Positions 13,930 through 26,924 of a stretch of 64,000 nt of DNA are shown one piece after another. A model generated the notes under the pieces. That model was given only the letters and a program-made list of their open reading frames with translations, did not search any database and was not told the origin of the DNA. Source of the stretch: Octopus sinensis (lineage: Eukaryota); the NCBI RefSeq assembly GCF_006345805.1, contig NC_042997.1, positions 190,588,001-190,652,000 of the forward strand. Direction: 5' to 3'. Numbering within the stretch: the first letter of the stretch is position 1; every line of letters begins with the position of its first letter. A program made the translations under genes and the position numbers.

Positions 13930-14491
13930 GGTATGAGAAGTTTAAATCTGTATGTGTGTCTACGTATTTTGGGCGGAATGACTTTTTTTTATACTTTTAA
14001 TGCTTTTTACTTTCTTTTCTTCCTCTAACAACATGTTGCTACATAAAATATATTTATATGTAAAACAAAAATGAAAAGAATTTGGCATGTCCGCAGTTCT
14101 CTATTTTGTAAACAGGTGGCATATCCAATTTTGTAAGGCCTGGCAATTTTACAGGTGTATTATAATCATTGTTGAGTCTGACAATGATGAGGATGTGTTG
14201 GTGTAAATTACTTGTTATTCGACCCAGTCATAGATGCGTCTGTTCCTTTCAAGACTGCCTGATGTTAATTGAAGGTAATGTTGCGGTTATTTGTAGAAAA
14301 CTTGGCAAAATGCAGATGCACTTTCCTGACTCAATTGCGATTTACAGGGGTTTTGTGACTATAAACCCTATGCATATTAGGATAACGTAGGCTAATGCCC
14401 TGTAGAGATTTTGGGGAAGCCGAATATTGTAGTTATGTCTTGTTGAGGAGATGCTGAAGCCCTATGTAGGTTTGATAATTTTATATATGTA

Positions 14492-14521
<30 letters not shown>

Positions 14522-14523
<2 letters not shown>

Positions 14524-14848
14524 GTGAGGGCGCGTGGCTTAGTGGTTAGGGCATTCGGCTCATGATCGTAAGGTTGTGAGTTCGATTCCCGGCGACGCGT
14601 TGTGTCCTTGAGCAAGACACTTTATTTCACGTTGCTCCAGTCCACTCAGCTGGCAAAAATGAGTTGTACTTGTATTTCAAAGGGTCAGCCTTGTCACTCT
14701 CTGTGTCACGCTGATTATCCCCGAGAACTACGTTAAGGGTACACGTGTCTGTGGAATGCTCAGCCATTTGCACGTTAATTTCACGAGCAAGCTGTTCCGT
14801 TGATCGTATCAGCTGGGGCCCTCGTCGTCGTAACCGGCGGAGTCTTTA
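14522..14848 (+). mobile_element. SINE family 2, tail type b
   Basis: Same head and central domain as 11302, but a different 3' body ending CTCGTCGTCGTAACCGGCGGAGTC. Confidence 0.85.
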
Positions 14849-14856
14849 AAAAAAAA

Positions 14857-14914
<58 letters not shown>

Positions 14915-15339
14915 GTGTGCTTAACACCCTGGTGGGTATACTGTTGGTTGCATAAAAACATGCATTTCAAAATTAGAATAATTAGTTACTTTATGCATGC
15001 ACACATATATACATATATAAATACATTATACCCACGTTTATTATTTTTAAATGATGTGATAATACAGAATTATAATAACAAGTAGGCTTGCGACCTGACA
15101 GGTTGCTTCCTGGTCGGTTTTGTTCTTGATACTGTAGTTGTTATTAATTAGCAAAAGATTTTATCTAATGAAACAGTCTTATGCTCAAAAGCCTTCCAGG
15201 TTTGACCATCCTGTCATTTTGTACGTCTGCGCTTGCATTGTCATGTTTTCATGCATTATTAGATGGTAGGGTGTGATTTAAGAGAAATTTGACTGACATT
15301 TCTTGCAGATAGGATCGAGAACATTCTTCCTTCTTTGTA

Positions 15340-16860
15340 TAAGCGGCGAGTTAATCTAATATCATTAGAAAAGTTGGGGGTTTTATTGCTGTTATTGAAG
15401 CAATCATGAATTTTCTGTTAACGATGCGTAATTGCTGGGGTTGTTAGATGTAGTTGTTCGAATCTGTATTGTGACTTGAAAAGGGGGAGTGTGTTGTGTC
15501 AGTGATATTGGGGACGCTTATTTCATACGTTATTGTTGGCATCCTTCTTGTCTCAGGAGACAATGGAGTTGCGCATAGAATAATCTAGTCCGGCTTTTAC
15601 ATTTCATGTCCTAATACATCTCCTGCTGTGGCTGTGTAGTCCTATCCTGGGCAAACACTCCCTCTGTCAGGTGCCGCAAATATAGTGAAGACTTTGCCTG
15701 GCTGGTTGTAATGTCATAGCTTCTTGTTGACGTCTTTTCTTGGCTTTCCATTTCTCCTCTCTTCTTTTCACTTTCCCAATGTAGCATTTTAAAAGATTTT
15801 AAAGATTTAAAGATTTTAAAGATTACGTATCTTATATAGAATTAGCACAACTGGTTGCAGATATCAATGAGTGCGCTGAGTCCTTCTATACTTAAATCTT
15901 TGTGGTTTTGTTAGGCCTTGACTATTTTTGATATAGGCGCTTCCTTTTTAATTTTCTGATATCTAATGAATCACGATGTAAGAAAGCTGTTGAATCTTTT
16001 CTGTGTTCGTGCTTTCTCTGCATAGCTTTTGGTGGTCGGTGTTCGAAAAATAATGGCGTTTTTTTGTTGTTGTTGTCACATAAGTACATGCTATAACAAC
16101 ACCTTAAGTTGTTTATACTACAATTGTCCATTGTTATAGATTATGATGCTTCTAAATATTTCATATGAAGTTCTACTGCTAGCTTCGTTGTTTAAGTTGT
16201 ATAGAAATAATTGCTTTTCTGCTTATAAAGTTTTTTTTTTCTGTTTTTGTTTGGTTGTGTCTTTTTCAGTCGATTGATGTTGAGTTTCATTTCTCTGATG
16301 TGTGATGTTGGTATATTTTGTCTGTTAGCTTTAGTTTTTAGCAGATTGGTTATTTCAGCTGCATAATTGCTGTTGTATTTTTTTATGTAACGTTACGAGG
16401 TATATTTTCTAGAAATGTCTGTAATTATGTTGTTGAATGTGTATACTGCAGTGATTTCTGCGAATTTCCATGTTTCTTGTAGGAAATAATTCCAGTTGGG
16501 CTTCTGAAGTCTGTAAAAGTCTTTTTTATTTAGTTCATTCTCATGGGTGTTGAGAGAATGGTAGACTTTTGTTCAGTAGAGAGCTGGGAGACCACTTACC
16601 ATGTTCATGCGGTAGATAAATGTTTGCAGTAGAAAGGGAATGCTATTAAGGTGTTGTTTCAGGATATGAAGTATGACGGGAGCTTCGTTGCGATATTATT
16701 CCATCACTCCTTGTGTTATCTGTGTTTATTGAGCACCAGTATGTGTTCTAAGCATTCTTGGTACGGTAAAGTGTTGAAGTGCTGAACTACGTAATCTAGT
16801 AGGATGTTTAGAAGTGCGAAAAATGGTAAGCAATTGTCAAATCAGTTAACACATTTCGAG
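15340..16860 (-). pseudogene. Heavily decayed non-LTR retrotransposon ORF2 remnant (possibly I/Jockey group)
   Basis: Only scattered motif traces on the minus strand (PISLT; a decayed F.NF.KANW-like segment); many stops. Confidence 0.4.
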
Positions 16861-16925
16861 CCGCTGAATTTTGCTTGTGATTGCTTATATATATATTTTT
16901 ATAGTATGATGTTGTGTCTAGTAAT

Positions 16926-17272
16926 GTGTGTGTGTGACCCCCTTCAGGTCAGACACTGACCATGGGCTTGCACCTAGAAAGTTACCCTCTAAGGCACAAG
17001 TCTGGGCAAGGCTGTTTTATGGAAGACCAGCAGTCGCCCATGCACACCAGCCTCCCCTCTCCACGCCACCAGTGTTATCCAAGGGAAAAGCAAAGGCCGA
17101 TACAGCTTGGCACCTGTGACGTCGCAACTCATTTCTACAGCTGAAGGAACTGGAGCAACATGAAATAAAGCGTCTTGCTCAAGAACACAACACGCAGCCC
17201 GGTCAGGAATTCGAGCTCACAACCTCACGATCGTAAGCTCGACGCTCTAACCACTGAGCCGCGCGCCTTCAC
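16926..17272 (-). mobile_element. SINE family 2, tail type a
   Basis: Reverse-complement homology to 11302-11648; TSD TGTCTAGTAAT at 16915-16925 and 17273-17283. Confidence 0.88.
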
Positions 17273-17337
17273 TGTCTAGTAATAATGATCGAGTATCGTT
17301 TGTTGCATCTCTATACTGGATTTATGATTTTAAGAAT

Positions 17338-17545
17338 ATTATAAGTACTCTAAGAAACATACAAAATCCGTTAGATTCACTTCAAAATTTAAATTTAATT
17401 TGTCAAAATATTTTCGTCGCTTTGAGACCGCGACCTGTTCACTGACAAAATTCCGTGCTGTCAGTGAACAGGTCGCAGTCTCAAAGCGACGAAAATATTT
17501 TGACAAATTAAATTTAAATGTTGGAGTGAATCGAACGGTTGTGTT
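17338..17545. repeat. Long foldback palindrome (Penelope-like terminal repeat remnant)
   Basis: Left arm 17338-17447, 11 nt loop, right arm from 17459; the distal part of the right arm resumes at 19281-19304 after the inserted LINE derivative. Confidence 0.85.
17459..17505 (+). ncRNA. Minimal type I hammerhead ribozyme, G3:C8 core variant
   Basis: tgtca GTGAACA g gtcgc-agtctcaaa-gcgac GAAA atattt tgaca: stem I 5 bp, stem II 5 bp, palindromic stem III; mirror copy at 17401-17447 (-). Confidence 0.6.
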
Positions 17546-17553
17546 TTTTTACG

Positions 17554-19280
17554 CTCTGTAAAATTCGGTTAAAAAAGAACAAAAAGCGTTGTTGTTGTTC
17601 TGGAAATTTTGAACGGCGTTGATGCGGGTTCGCGTTTCGCTGGTTCTGCACGTTACACTTTTTCTGTTTTGGCGGCCGTTTTCGGTCTGTCAGACAGAAG
17701 GAAATGGACTATGAGTCTCTAACAGACTTGTCCACGACTGATGAGGAACTGGAACAGGCAGTGATAATGAAGCTGATGGGAGATAAGGCTGGAGTCTTCG
17801 AGCCTTTATCAGACTTGTCTACGTCTGAGAAGGAGCTAGAAATGGCAGCGAGGAAATTGGACGAGAAGCTGGGTTATACCTATGCCGGTGTAACCAAGAA
17901 GGCGGAAGAGAAAGGGGTCGACTTGGCCAAGTTGCCAAGTTACCAGAAATACATGAAAAAGGATAGCGGTGAGGTGGAATTGGCACCGACACCCAAGAGA
18001 AAAGAATGGTATGATAAAAGGACCATTATTTACAGGGTGTTCGCAAACGAAAGGAAGAAAATAGAAGTTGTAAACATGGAGTGGATAGAGGAGGCCCTGA
18101 GAAGAACGGAGGAGGAAATTAATTTTCTGACTCGAGGATCCAAGTATGGTACCGTAGTGGTACATTTTAAAAGTGAGAATGCAGCGAGGAAGATGGCGGC
18201 GAAGGCGGTGAAGTCAGAAAAGGTAACACTTTTGCCTATGTATTTGAATAGAAGGATTACACGAGTGAGGGTGGAGGGAGTGCCACCAAACGTGGAGGGA
18301 GAGTGGATTGTGGCGGCTGTGATCAGCGGCCATGAGGAGGAAGTGGATATTCTCCATGCCTCGGTTAAGACAGAGGGCTGGAGAGGCGTAACAGTGGAGC
18401 TGAACGTACAGGCAGAGAACGAGGTACTGGTGGACCTGGCGGAAAGCATTAGATTGGGAGACGTGATCATGAGAGTGTGGGTGGAGGGCAGAGCTCCACG
18501 TTGTTACAAGTGTGGCCTGAGGGGGTCACATAAGAGCCTTCTGCCCTCCCCCAGGGAAAGAAATGGATTCCGAACCACAGAGAGAGAAGCAGAAACCAGG
18601 GGAGAAGGAGACAGTAGAAGAAGAAGAGAATACACAGAAATGGAAGGAAGCTGGAAATAAGAGGAAGAGAAGAATACGAGGAAAAGAAAATAACATGGAA
18701 CACCAATCCACCCCAAAACCACCCACACCCTCTGAGTCCCACCCTATCCCTGCAGACAGTGAACCCACCCGCTCCCCCCCCCCCAACAAGAAAACAAAAG
18801 AAAAAAAATAATACAGACAGACAAGAGATTGAAATCGAACCCAGGCCGTACATTTGTACTATGACTGAACAGAAAGAAGTTAAAAGGCTAATGGAAGAGT
18901 ATAAATGGTATGAAGTTGGTGAGACTAGGTATGCTGTGATTGAAAAGAAGAACATAGATGAATTTATGGTGAGGTGTGAAAGGGAGAATTGGGAGGTGAA
19001 AGATATAAGAATGAGCGATGAATTCGTGGAAAATATGGATGAGTATTTCGGAGTAAGAATGGATATGGAATTTATTCGTATTGGGAAAGAACATTCAAGT
19101 GACGGTGAAAACCAAAGGACAGGTAAGTGATGCTAACGGATGGGGCCTTTAGCATCGCTTTCATATTATCATTTTTTCATGTAACAATTCATCCTTCATA
19201 AATTTAATTATAATGTTCTATGTCCCCATGTCTTGTAATGTCCCCCTCTTCGTTCGCCCCTTGTGGGTAATAAAGAAATA
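17554..19280 (+). mobile_element. ORF1-only (HAL1-like) non-autonomous derivative of an L1/Tx1-clade LINE
   Basis: ORF1 homologous to 54829-55701; no ORF2; ends CCCCTTGTGGGTAATAAAGAAATA like the LINE and SINE 3 tails; degenerate TSD (gtgtttttttacg / gtgtttcttaaacg). Confidence 0.8.
17704..19130 (+). pseudogene. L1/Tx1 ORF1 (gag-like, CCHC zinc knuckle) with frameshifts
   Basis: RGSKYGTVVVHF...VEGRAPRCYKCGLRG(H) aligns with RGKKFGTVEVRF...VEGRKPRCFLCGQLGH of the full element; frameshifts in the G run near 18520 and the C run near 18780. Confidence 0.85.
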
Positions 19281-19980
19281 GTGTGTTTCTTAAACGGCTT
19301 ATAAACACCTTCCACGCTGCAATTGTTTTTGTTCTCTGATCAGGTCACTTGCTATGCAAGTACATCTCCGTAAAATAGAAGTACTCTTCTGTAGGTTAAT
19401 TCGTCGTTCCTCATCGATATATAATTCATAAGAAGTTTGTATGGGATTTGTAATCTCAGTTTTTACATAGTAGCTTTAATACATTGTGAATGACATTTGT
19501 AATGAAAATCCTTGGTTTCGTAAACTTGATATTTAAGCCGTTACAAAATGTTTAAGATTTCTCAATGCATAGTTTTCTCGATACGTTGTACATTTGTTAC
19601 TTAGGGTTTGTTCTATATTTTTACGTGAACTAATTGTATATTATTATATATCATGCATATAATATAGTATAATATAATACAATATAATATAATATATAAT
19701 ATGTTATAAAATTTAATATTATATAAAATCATGATATTATATATCATGTATATCATGTATATTATTTATATTCTTTGCCGAACTATTCATTATGAAATAG
19801 AAGCTAATGAGCTATTGACAGTATTTACGCTTTTTCTTGTCATTTTTCTTGTTATTTGAACACTGCTCCAACTGGTTGTGGAGTTTTGCGTTGTCTGTTT
19901 ACATTAGTGAATATACTCTTCAATTGCACATTTTGTACTATTTTATTTTTACTTTGGTGCAGAGACCGTTGGTTGTTCCT

Positions 19981-20600
19981 TATTTCTTTATTGCCCACAA
20001 GGGGCTAAACATAGACGGGACAGACAAAGGGATTAAGTCGATTATATCGACCCCAGTGCGCAACTGGTACTTAATTTATCGACCCCGAAAGGATGAAAGG
20101 CAAAGTTGACCTCGGCGGAATTTGAACTCAGAACGTAACGGCAGACGAAATAACGCTAAGCATTTTTCCCGGCGGGCTAACGTTTCTTATTTCTTTATTG
20201 CCCACAAGGGGCTAAACATAGAGGGGACAAACAAGGACAGACAAAGGGATTAAGTCGATTACATCGCCCCCAGTGCGTAACTGGTACTTAATTTATCGAC
20301 CCTCGAAAGGATGAAAGGCAAAGTTGACCTTGGTGGAATTTGAACTCAGAACGTAACGGCAGATGAAATACCTATTTCTTTACTACCCACAAAGAGCTAC
20401 ACACAGAGAGGACAAACAAGGCCAGACAAACGGATTAAGTCGATTATATCGACCTCAGTGCGTAACTGGTACTTAATTTATCGACCCCAAAAGGATGAAA
20501 GGCAAAGTCGACCTCGGCGAAATTTGAACTCAGAACGTAACGGAAGACGAAATACCGCTAAGCATTTCGCCCGGCGTGCTAACGTTTCTGCCAGCTCGCC
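19981..20600 (-). mobile_element. Three-unit tandem array of SINE family 3
   Basis: Units 19981-20187, 20188-20372 and 20373-20600; junctions tail|AGAAACGTTAGC and tail|GGTATTTC. Confidence 0.9.
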
Positions 20601-20954
20601 GGTTGTTTCTAGGTTTCATCTGCTTCTATATTTCATACGATTCATGTTTTCCTAGGCCCTGGCTGGCAGCTGGTATCTCTACCATCTGATCATCATTCTA
20701 GCTATCCCCAACATTTTCTCTTCGTTCTGTCATCTCATATCGAGATATCAGTTACCTAGTGTACACTCTCATTGAAAAGACAAAACAGCCAAGTGATGTT
20801 ATGAGTGAATGCACTGCTATTTCAGGTAGATTAAATACAGTGGGTTCCTTTCAAAGTAAATTCTACGCACTCGCACGCGCGCGTACGCTCGCACATACCG
20901 ACACACCGACACACACACACATACATACACAAACGTGCGCGCACACATACAGTC

Positions 20955-21182
20955 AGGAGACGAGCTGGCAGAAACGTTAGCATGCTTGGCGAAATGCTTA
21001 GCGGTATTTCGTCTGCCGCTACGTTCTCAGTTCAAATTTGGCCGAGGCCGACTTTGCCTTTCATCCTTCCGGGGTCGATTAAATAAGTACCAGTTATGCA
21101 CTTGGGTCGATATAATCGACTTAATCTGTTTGTCCTTTTTTGTCCTCTCTGTGTTTAGCCCCTTGTGGGTAATAAAGAAATA
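20955..21182 (+). mobile_element. SINE family 3 with LINE-like tail
   Basis: Homology; tail followed by AGTATTT. Confidence 0.88.
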
Positions 21183-21542
21183 AGTATTTTTAGTTCTAAT
21201 CTGAAACAATATCCAACCAAGTTGGGCCCCAGTTGCCTTGGTGCGGTTAAGTCCTCGTGTGTTCTCTCAGTCAGAAGTTTACGTATCAGTCAATGCCAAA
21301 TCTTCACTGAACACATATTTTCCAATTAACAGGTTTATGTTGAGACACATCATACTATCAGTAAAGTTAACAAGCCCTTTGACACAAGAATAACATATAA
21401 GGTTTTATTTGTTATTCTCCTTTGTCCGGTGATTTTTTCTTGCTATTGGCTTTGCCGTTATATCCACATGTAAATGTGGAATATGCTTGCAAAATAATTA
21501 CGATATGCTTTCAGTCGTAAAATTTAGTTGAATAGAGGTGTA

Positions 21543-21940
21543 GAAGTGGCTGCGTGATAAGTAGCTTTCTTACGAACCACATAGTTCCAGGTTCAGTCCT
21601 ACTGCGTGGCACCTTGGGCAAGTGTCTTCTACTATAGCCTCGGGCCGACCAAAGCCTTGTGAGTGGATTTGGTAGACGGAAACTGAAAGAAGCCCATCGT
21701 ATATATGTATATATATCTATGTATGTATGTATGTGTGTGTATATGTTTGTGTGTCTGTGCCCCAACATCACTCGACAACCAATGCTGGTGTGTTTACGTT
21801 CCCGTAACTTAGCGGTTCGGCAAAAGAGACGGATAGAATAAGTACTAGGCTTACAAAGAATTTGCTCGACTAAAGACGGTGCTCCAGCATGACCACAGTC
21901 ACATGACTGAAACAAGTAAAAGAGTAAAAGTGTAAAAGAG
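21543..21940 (+). mobile_element. SINE family 1
   Basis: Head, internal (TA/TG) tract and GAAACAAGTAAAAGAG tail. Confidence 0.88.
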
Positions 21941-22477
21941 TAGCAATCATATCAAGACTTCTCCCAGATTTCCTTATATATATTCTGTGCTTTCTTAATT
22001 GAACACGGCTTTCTTAAAATTTTATATTTCCTAATAGTCTGCATTTTGTTGCATTTATTGTTTTTTTTTTAATTTCACATGTCATTTTTCGAATGAACGG
22101 GTTTCTTTCGGATTCAGTTGGACTTATTTATAATATTTTATTCCTTTTTGTTTTAGTTGTTATAATAATTTAATAAACACCACAGGAATAACAAATATAA
22201 GCTTACAAGGCGAGATCCTACCTTAAGGAAATAAGATGTGAGTCACTGACTTCGAAAAGATATTTATATGTTAGTAGTGATTCATTTTGAACACATAACA
22301 TACAAACTGCTTGCGTTGATAATTTAGTTGACCTCAGCTTGTAGGCTATGAGTTCAAATTCCATGGAAGGATTTCGCTGAATTTTGTCTAAAAAACACTT
22401 TATTCCATATTATGACACTGACGGAAATAGGAACACGTCTCAAATACAACACAATCTTAGTGTTAATAATAGTGACT

Positions 22478-23310
22478 AAAGGAAGCCAGCGAGCTCAGTC
22501 GTTAGCGCCCCAGACAAAATGCTTAACGGCATTTCGCTCGTCTTTACGTTCTGAGTTCAAAGTCCACCGAGGTCGATTTTTGCCTTTCGTCCTTCTAACG
22601 TCGATGAAAATAAGTACCAGATGAGCACTGAGGTCGATGTAACTGACTGCTCCCCTCCCACCAAATTGCTGGCTTTGCTCCAAAATTTGAAATCAATAAT
22701 TCTAGTGACTAAGGCAGTGAGCTGGCAGAAATGCTTAGTGATATTTCGTCTGCCGCTACGTTCTGAGTTCAAATTCCGCCGAGGTCGGCTTTGCCTTTCA
22801 TCCTTTCGGGGTCGATTAAATAAGTACCAGTTACGCACTGGGGTCGATGTAATCGACTTAATCCGTTTGTCCGTCCTTGTTTGTCCTCTCTGTGTTTAGC
22901 CCCTTGAAGGTAGTAAAGAAATAGGTATTTCGTCTGCCGTTACGTTCTAAGTTCAGATTCCGCCGAGGTCGACTTTGCTTTCATCCTTTCGGGGTCGATA
23001 AATTAAGTACCAGTTACGCCCTAGGGTCGATGTAATCGACTTAATCCTTGTGTCTGTCCTTGTTTGTCCTCTCTATGTTTAGCCCCTTCTGAACAATAAA
23101 GAAATAAGAATTGTTAGCACGCTAGACAAAATTTCCGCATTTCTTCCGTCTTCACGTTCTGGGTTCAAATTATGCCGAGGTTGACTTTGCCTTTTCATCC
23201 TTCCGAAGTCGATAAGATAGGTGGCAGTCGAGTACTTGGGTCAATGTAAATGACTGGCCTCATCCCCCAAAATTGCTAGCCTTGTACCAAAATTTGAAAC
23301 CAATGATTCT
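22478..23310 (+). mobile_element. Nested SINE 3 cluster: two old copies with the native tail plus a young LINE-tailed dimer inside the second
   Basis: Old tails CCCCTCCC..AAATTGCTGGC..AAATTTGAAA; young units end at 22923 and 23106; the TAGTGACT flank recurs three times. Confidence 0.8.
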
Positions 23311-23749
23311 AGTGACTGGTGAAAGTAAAACCACCCGTTCAAACCGAGTAAAATGTAATTGAGAACATAGAGACATTCTTTTGTACTTTTACAAGAATTA
23401 AAAGTGCAAAAGTCAGTTGATATCATAGGTTGACAACATTCCATAATCTTACCGAATCAGTAATATTTTCAGTGTGGTATTCTCTTCCCCTAAATATTCT
23501 AAACATGGAAATTAACCAGCTCTCGTAAAGTTGGTTACATTTCCTAAGTACCAGAACCGATATTACAGCACAGCTGCAGATCAAAGTTTTGCTGCGTTCG
23601 CAACATATTTATTTAGAACTTTATTCCAGGTGTTGGTTGCTTTCTAAGCTTTTCTTGTACCTTTAGCCCCTTGACAATGCTACAGAAAATCAATCAGATA
23701 TATTACAGAGCGAAGCCAAAAAATACTATATCTCTTTTAGTTCGTACAA

Positions 23750-24170
23750 AGGGAGAGCAATAGAGGGTGTGAGAGAGAGAAGGAGAGTTATATAAGGACA
23801 CAGAAGAGGAAAAAATGTGGAGAAAAGTGAGAGTTAGATATATAGAAAGAGAGATGAACAAGAGAGAAATAGGCGAAAAAAGAGTCTGACAAACTGCGGA
23901 GAGGAGATTAAAATAAAGAAAAGGTTGTGCAAAGGAGGTGTAAAGATATAAACAAACAGAAGAGAGAAAGGATGAGGGAGAATAGAAAGTTGTAAATGGA
24001 AGGCATTGGACATGAAAAAGAGGGAGATAGATAAAAGTTGGTAGAAACATAATGGAGGAATGTAAATAAAGAGAGAGATAAAAAAGGGGGAAATCTAAAA
24101 AGAGAGAAAGGCTGGAGATAAATAAAGAGCACGGAAAGATAAGGAGGAAATAAAAAGGAAAAAAGACAGC
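23750..24170 (+). repeat. Purine-rich low-complexity tract
   Basis: GA-rich composition. Confidence 0.7.
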
Positions 24171-24469
24171 AGCGGCGGGAAATAGAAAGTTGATGTGATT
24201 GGGGATCTAAATATAGTAATATTTTTTCTTTTAACGTGTGAAAACAATCAGTTGATCAAATCTTTATTCTCTGAAGAACGATGCAGACGGATTTTGTATC
24301 GTATTTGAAATTGCAATCTTAGTGAAAATGTTTTGTTTAATAAATATATAATTAGAAGTTGACTATATGCCAAAAAAAAAACTTTTCTCGTGATTTGTAT
24401 ACTTTTTTTATAAACATCAAATGATAGATTATCTTATTAATTTATGAGATCTATGTGTATATACATACA

Positions 24470-24542
<73 letters not shown>

Positions 24543-24790
24543 AAGGTGAAAAAGGAACACACGAGTTGATATATATGAAAAAACAAGTCAAAAATAGAAA
24601 ATGCTAAAATAATTTTATAGTGAACATTTCAGTACCGGTTTCGGTCATTTTGAGACCTTTTCAACTGTAACGATTAAATAATTAAATTTAGAAAAATTAG
24701 AAGAAAAGTTTTTTTAAAAGAATATTTCTATAGTAGTGTTCAGATTTAAGTGGCATTCTGCCTTTCTCTGACTCCCTTGTTTGCACTTGT

Positions 24791-26155
24791 GTGTCGGAGG
24801 TCGTTGTGAGTTCTATCCCCCACAACCTAGGACTAGAGGCAATCCAATTCTGGCTAGAGAATCACGCCAACGAACTACCACACCGCATCAAAAAAGAATT
24901 TGTGATAGAAGGGGTCAAATTCATCCTGGAAAATAACTTCTTCGCCTTCAATGACAACTTCTACCGACAAAAATCGGGGACTGCGATGGGTACACGAATG
25001 GCCCCCTCCTTTGCCAACCTAGTCATAGGATACCTAGAGATCAGTCTGTATCGTAAGGTTCTAGAAAGATATGGCAGCCCTTTCTCCATCTACATAGAAA
25101 ACAACTGGAAGAGATATCTAGATGACTGTTTCATCCTTTGGCATAAAAATATAGAAAAACTCATAGAATTCCAGAAAATTTTAAACGGACTGGACGTAAA
25201 CATCCATTTCACGATGGAATATAGCCAACAACACTCCCCTTCCTCGATATCCTCATTAAGAAAGCTAATAATATAATAGAAACAGACATATACTATAAGC
25301 CTACAGACTCTAAGCAATATCTTCCATTCAATTCATGCCACCCCAGACACACCAGGATGAATATCCCCTTCAATCTAGCAAAAGGATATGCACTATAGTC
25401 TCTAACGCAAACACCAGAGACACACGACTACAAGAACTAAAAGATACCCTAATCACCAGGAACTATCCACCTTCACTTATTGACAAGTGCATTCAACGTG
25501 CCCTTCAACTTAACATCAAGGAACTGAGACATCCCAAATCAAAGAAAAACTTACAACCAAAAGCCTTACCATACATCTCCACACACAACCCCCTCAATAA
25601 CGAAGCCTTCGACACCATCCTCCACAACATACCCCTCCTAAAAAAAGACCACAGAATGAACACAATCCTCCAAACACACACGATCATAAAAAGCAAAAGA
25701 CAGCCTAGATCCATGAAAAGTCTCCTTACACAAGCCCGAATTCACTCCTCAACACAGAAGCCGACAGTAAAAAAATGTGGAAGACCCAATTGCGGGATAT
25801 GCGACTATCTAATTGAGGGATCAGAGTTCTCCTTCAAGCAGGGACAACGGTTTACAGTGAAAAGCAACTTCACATGTGCTTCGGAACTAATATACTCACT
25901 AACCTGCTCCGGGTGTCAAGAGCAGTACATAGGCCAAACAAAAAATGGTTTGCGTAAACGAATGGCCCTGCACAGATCCCAGATAAAAATTCCCCAAAAC
26001 AGAAAAATAGCTTTTAGCCAACACATAGATACTTGCGCCAACAAAAAGACACCAAACTTCAGAATTTTCCCCCTCTACCAATTTAGGGACGATACAACCT
26101 CGAGAAACGAATAAGTAAAGAAAATCTCTTTATTACAAAATACAAGCCACTTCTA
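24791..26155 (+). pseudogene. Penelope RT / GIY-YIG endonuclease ORF, frameshifted
   Basis: GTAMGTRMAPSFANL and WKRYLDDCF (RT); CGRPNCGIC and LIYSLTCSGCQEQYIGQT (GIY-YIG); frameshifts near 25240, 25320 and 26100. Confidence 0.92.
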
Positions 26156-26877
26156 AACGGTCTACGACAAACAATTATATACCTCAACTTTAGAATAAAA
26201 GAAAAAAATATATATACACACAAATATTACACTCCATAGAATCCATTACTAATCAGCCCCTTCATAGCTATACTTACACCCATTCATATTCCCCCTTCTC
26301 TGTTTTTTTCTTCTTCTTCTTCTTCCTCTTCTTCTTCATCATCATCATTATCATCATCATCGTCGTCGTCGTCGTCGTCATCATCATCACCACCATCATC
26401 ACCACCATCTTCTCCTTCTCCTCCTTCTTCTTCATCATCATCGTCGTCATAATCATCACCACCACCACCACTATCATCGTCATCTTCTCCTTCTTCTTCT
26501 TCTACTTCTCCACCCCCTACCCCTTAACTTTGTCACTAATGTTTTTTAGTATAACACCTACGCTAATTCTATAAACCTACGCTAATTCTATAAACAAGCC
26601 TGTCAATATAAATATTCTCCTGAATTGAACTGAGACTGCCAGCCGCCACTGACCATTCAAAATACGACCATCAGGGCACTCCCAGATTCTCCCATCCCCC
26701 TTTCCCCACCAGCCTTCTTCCTCTACTACCCTTCCAAGAACTCACAACGACCTCCGACACACAAGTGCAAACAAGGAGTCAGAGAAAGGCAGAATGCCAC
26801 TTAAATCTGAACACTACTATAGAAATATTCTTTTAAAAAAACTTTTCTTCTAATTTTTCTAAATTTAATTATTTAAT

Positions 26878-26924
26878 CGTTACAGTTGAAAAGGTCTCAA
26901 AATGACCGAAACCGGTACTGAAAT
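26878..26924 (+). ncRNA. Minimal type I hammerhead ribozyme, U3:A8 core variant, in the PLE terminal repeat
   Basis: cag TTGAAAA ggtc-tcaaaat-gacc GAAA ccggta ctg; palindromic stem III ACCGGT, GUA cleavage triplet; mirror copy at 24626-24671 (-). Confidence 0.7.

Noticed and set aside
14522-14600. tRNA-like sequences (also 11302, 60506, 39247)
   Set aside because: They are SINE heads continuing into SINE bodies; no complete cloverleaf.
24271-24320. CTGAAGA followed by a 7 bp stem and GAAA
   Set aside because: Four extra nucleotides precede GAAA and there is no stem I pairing.
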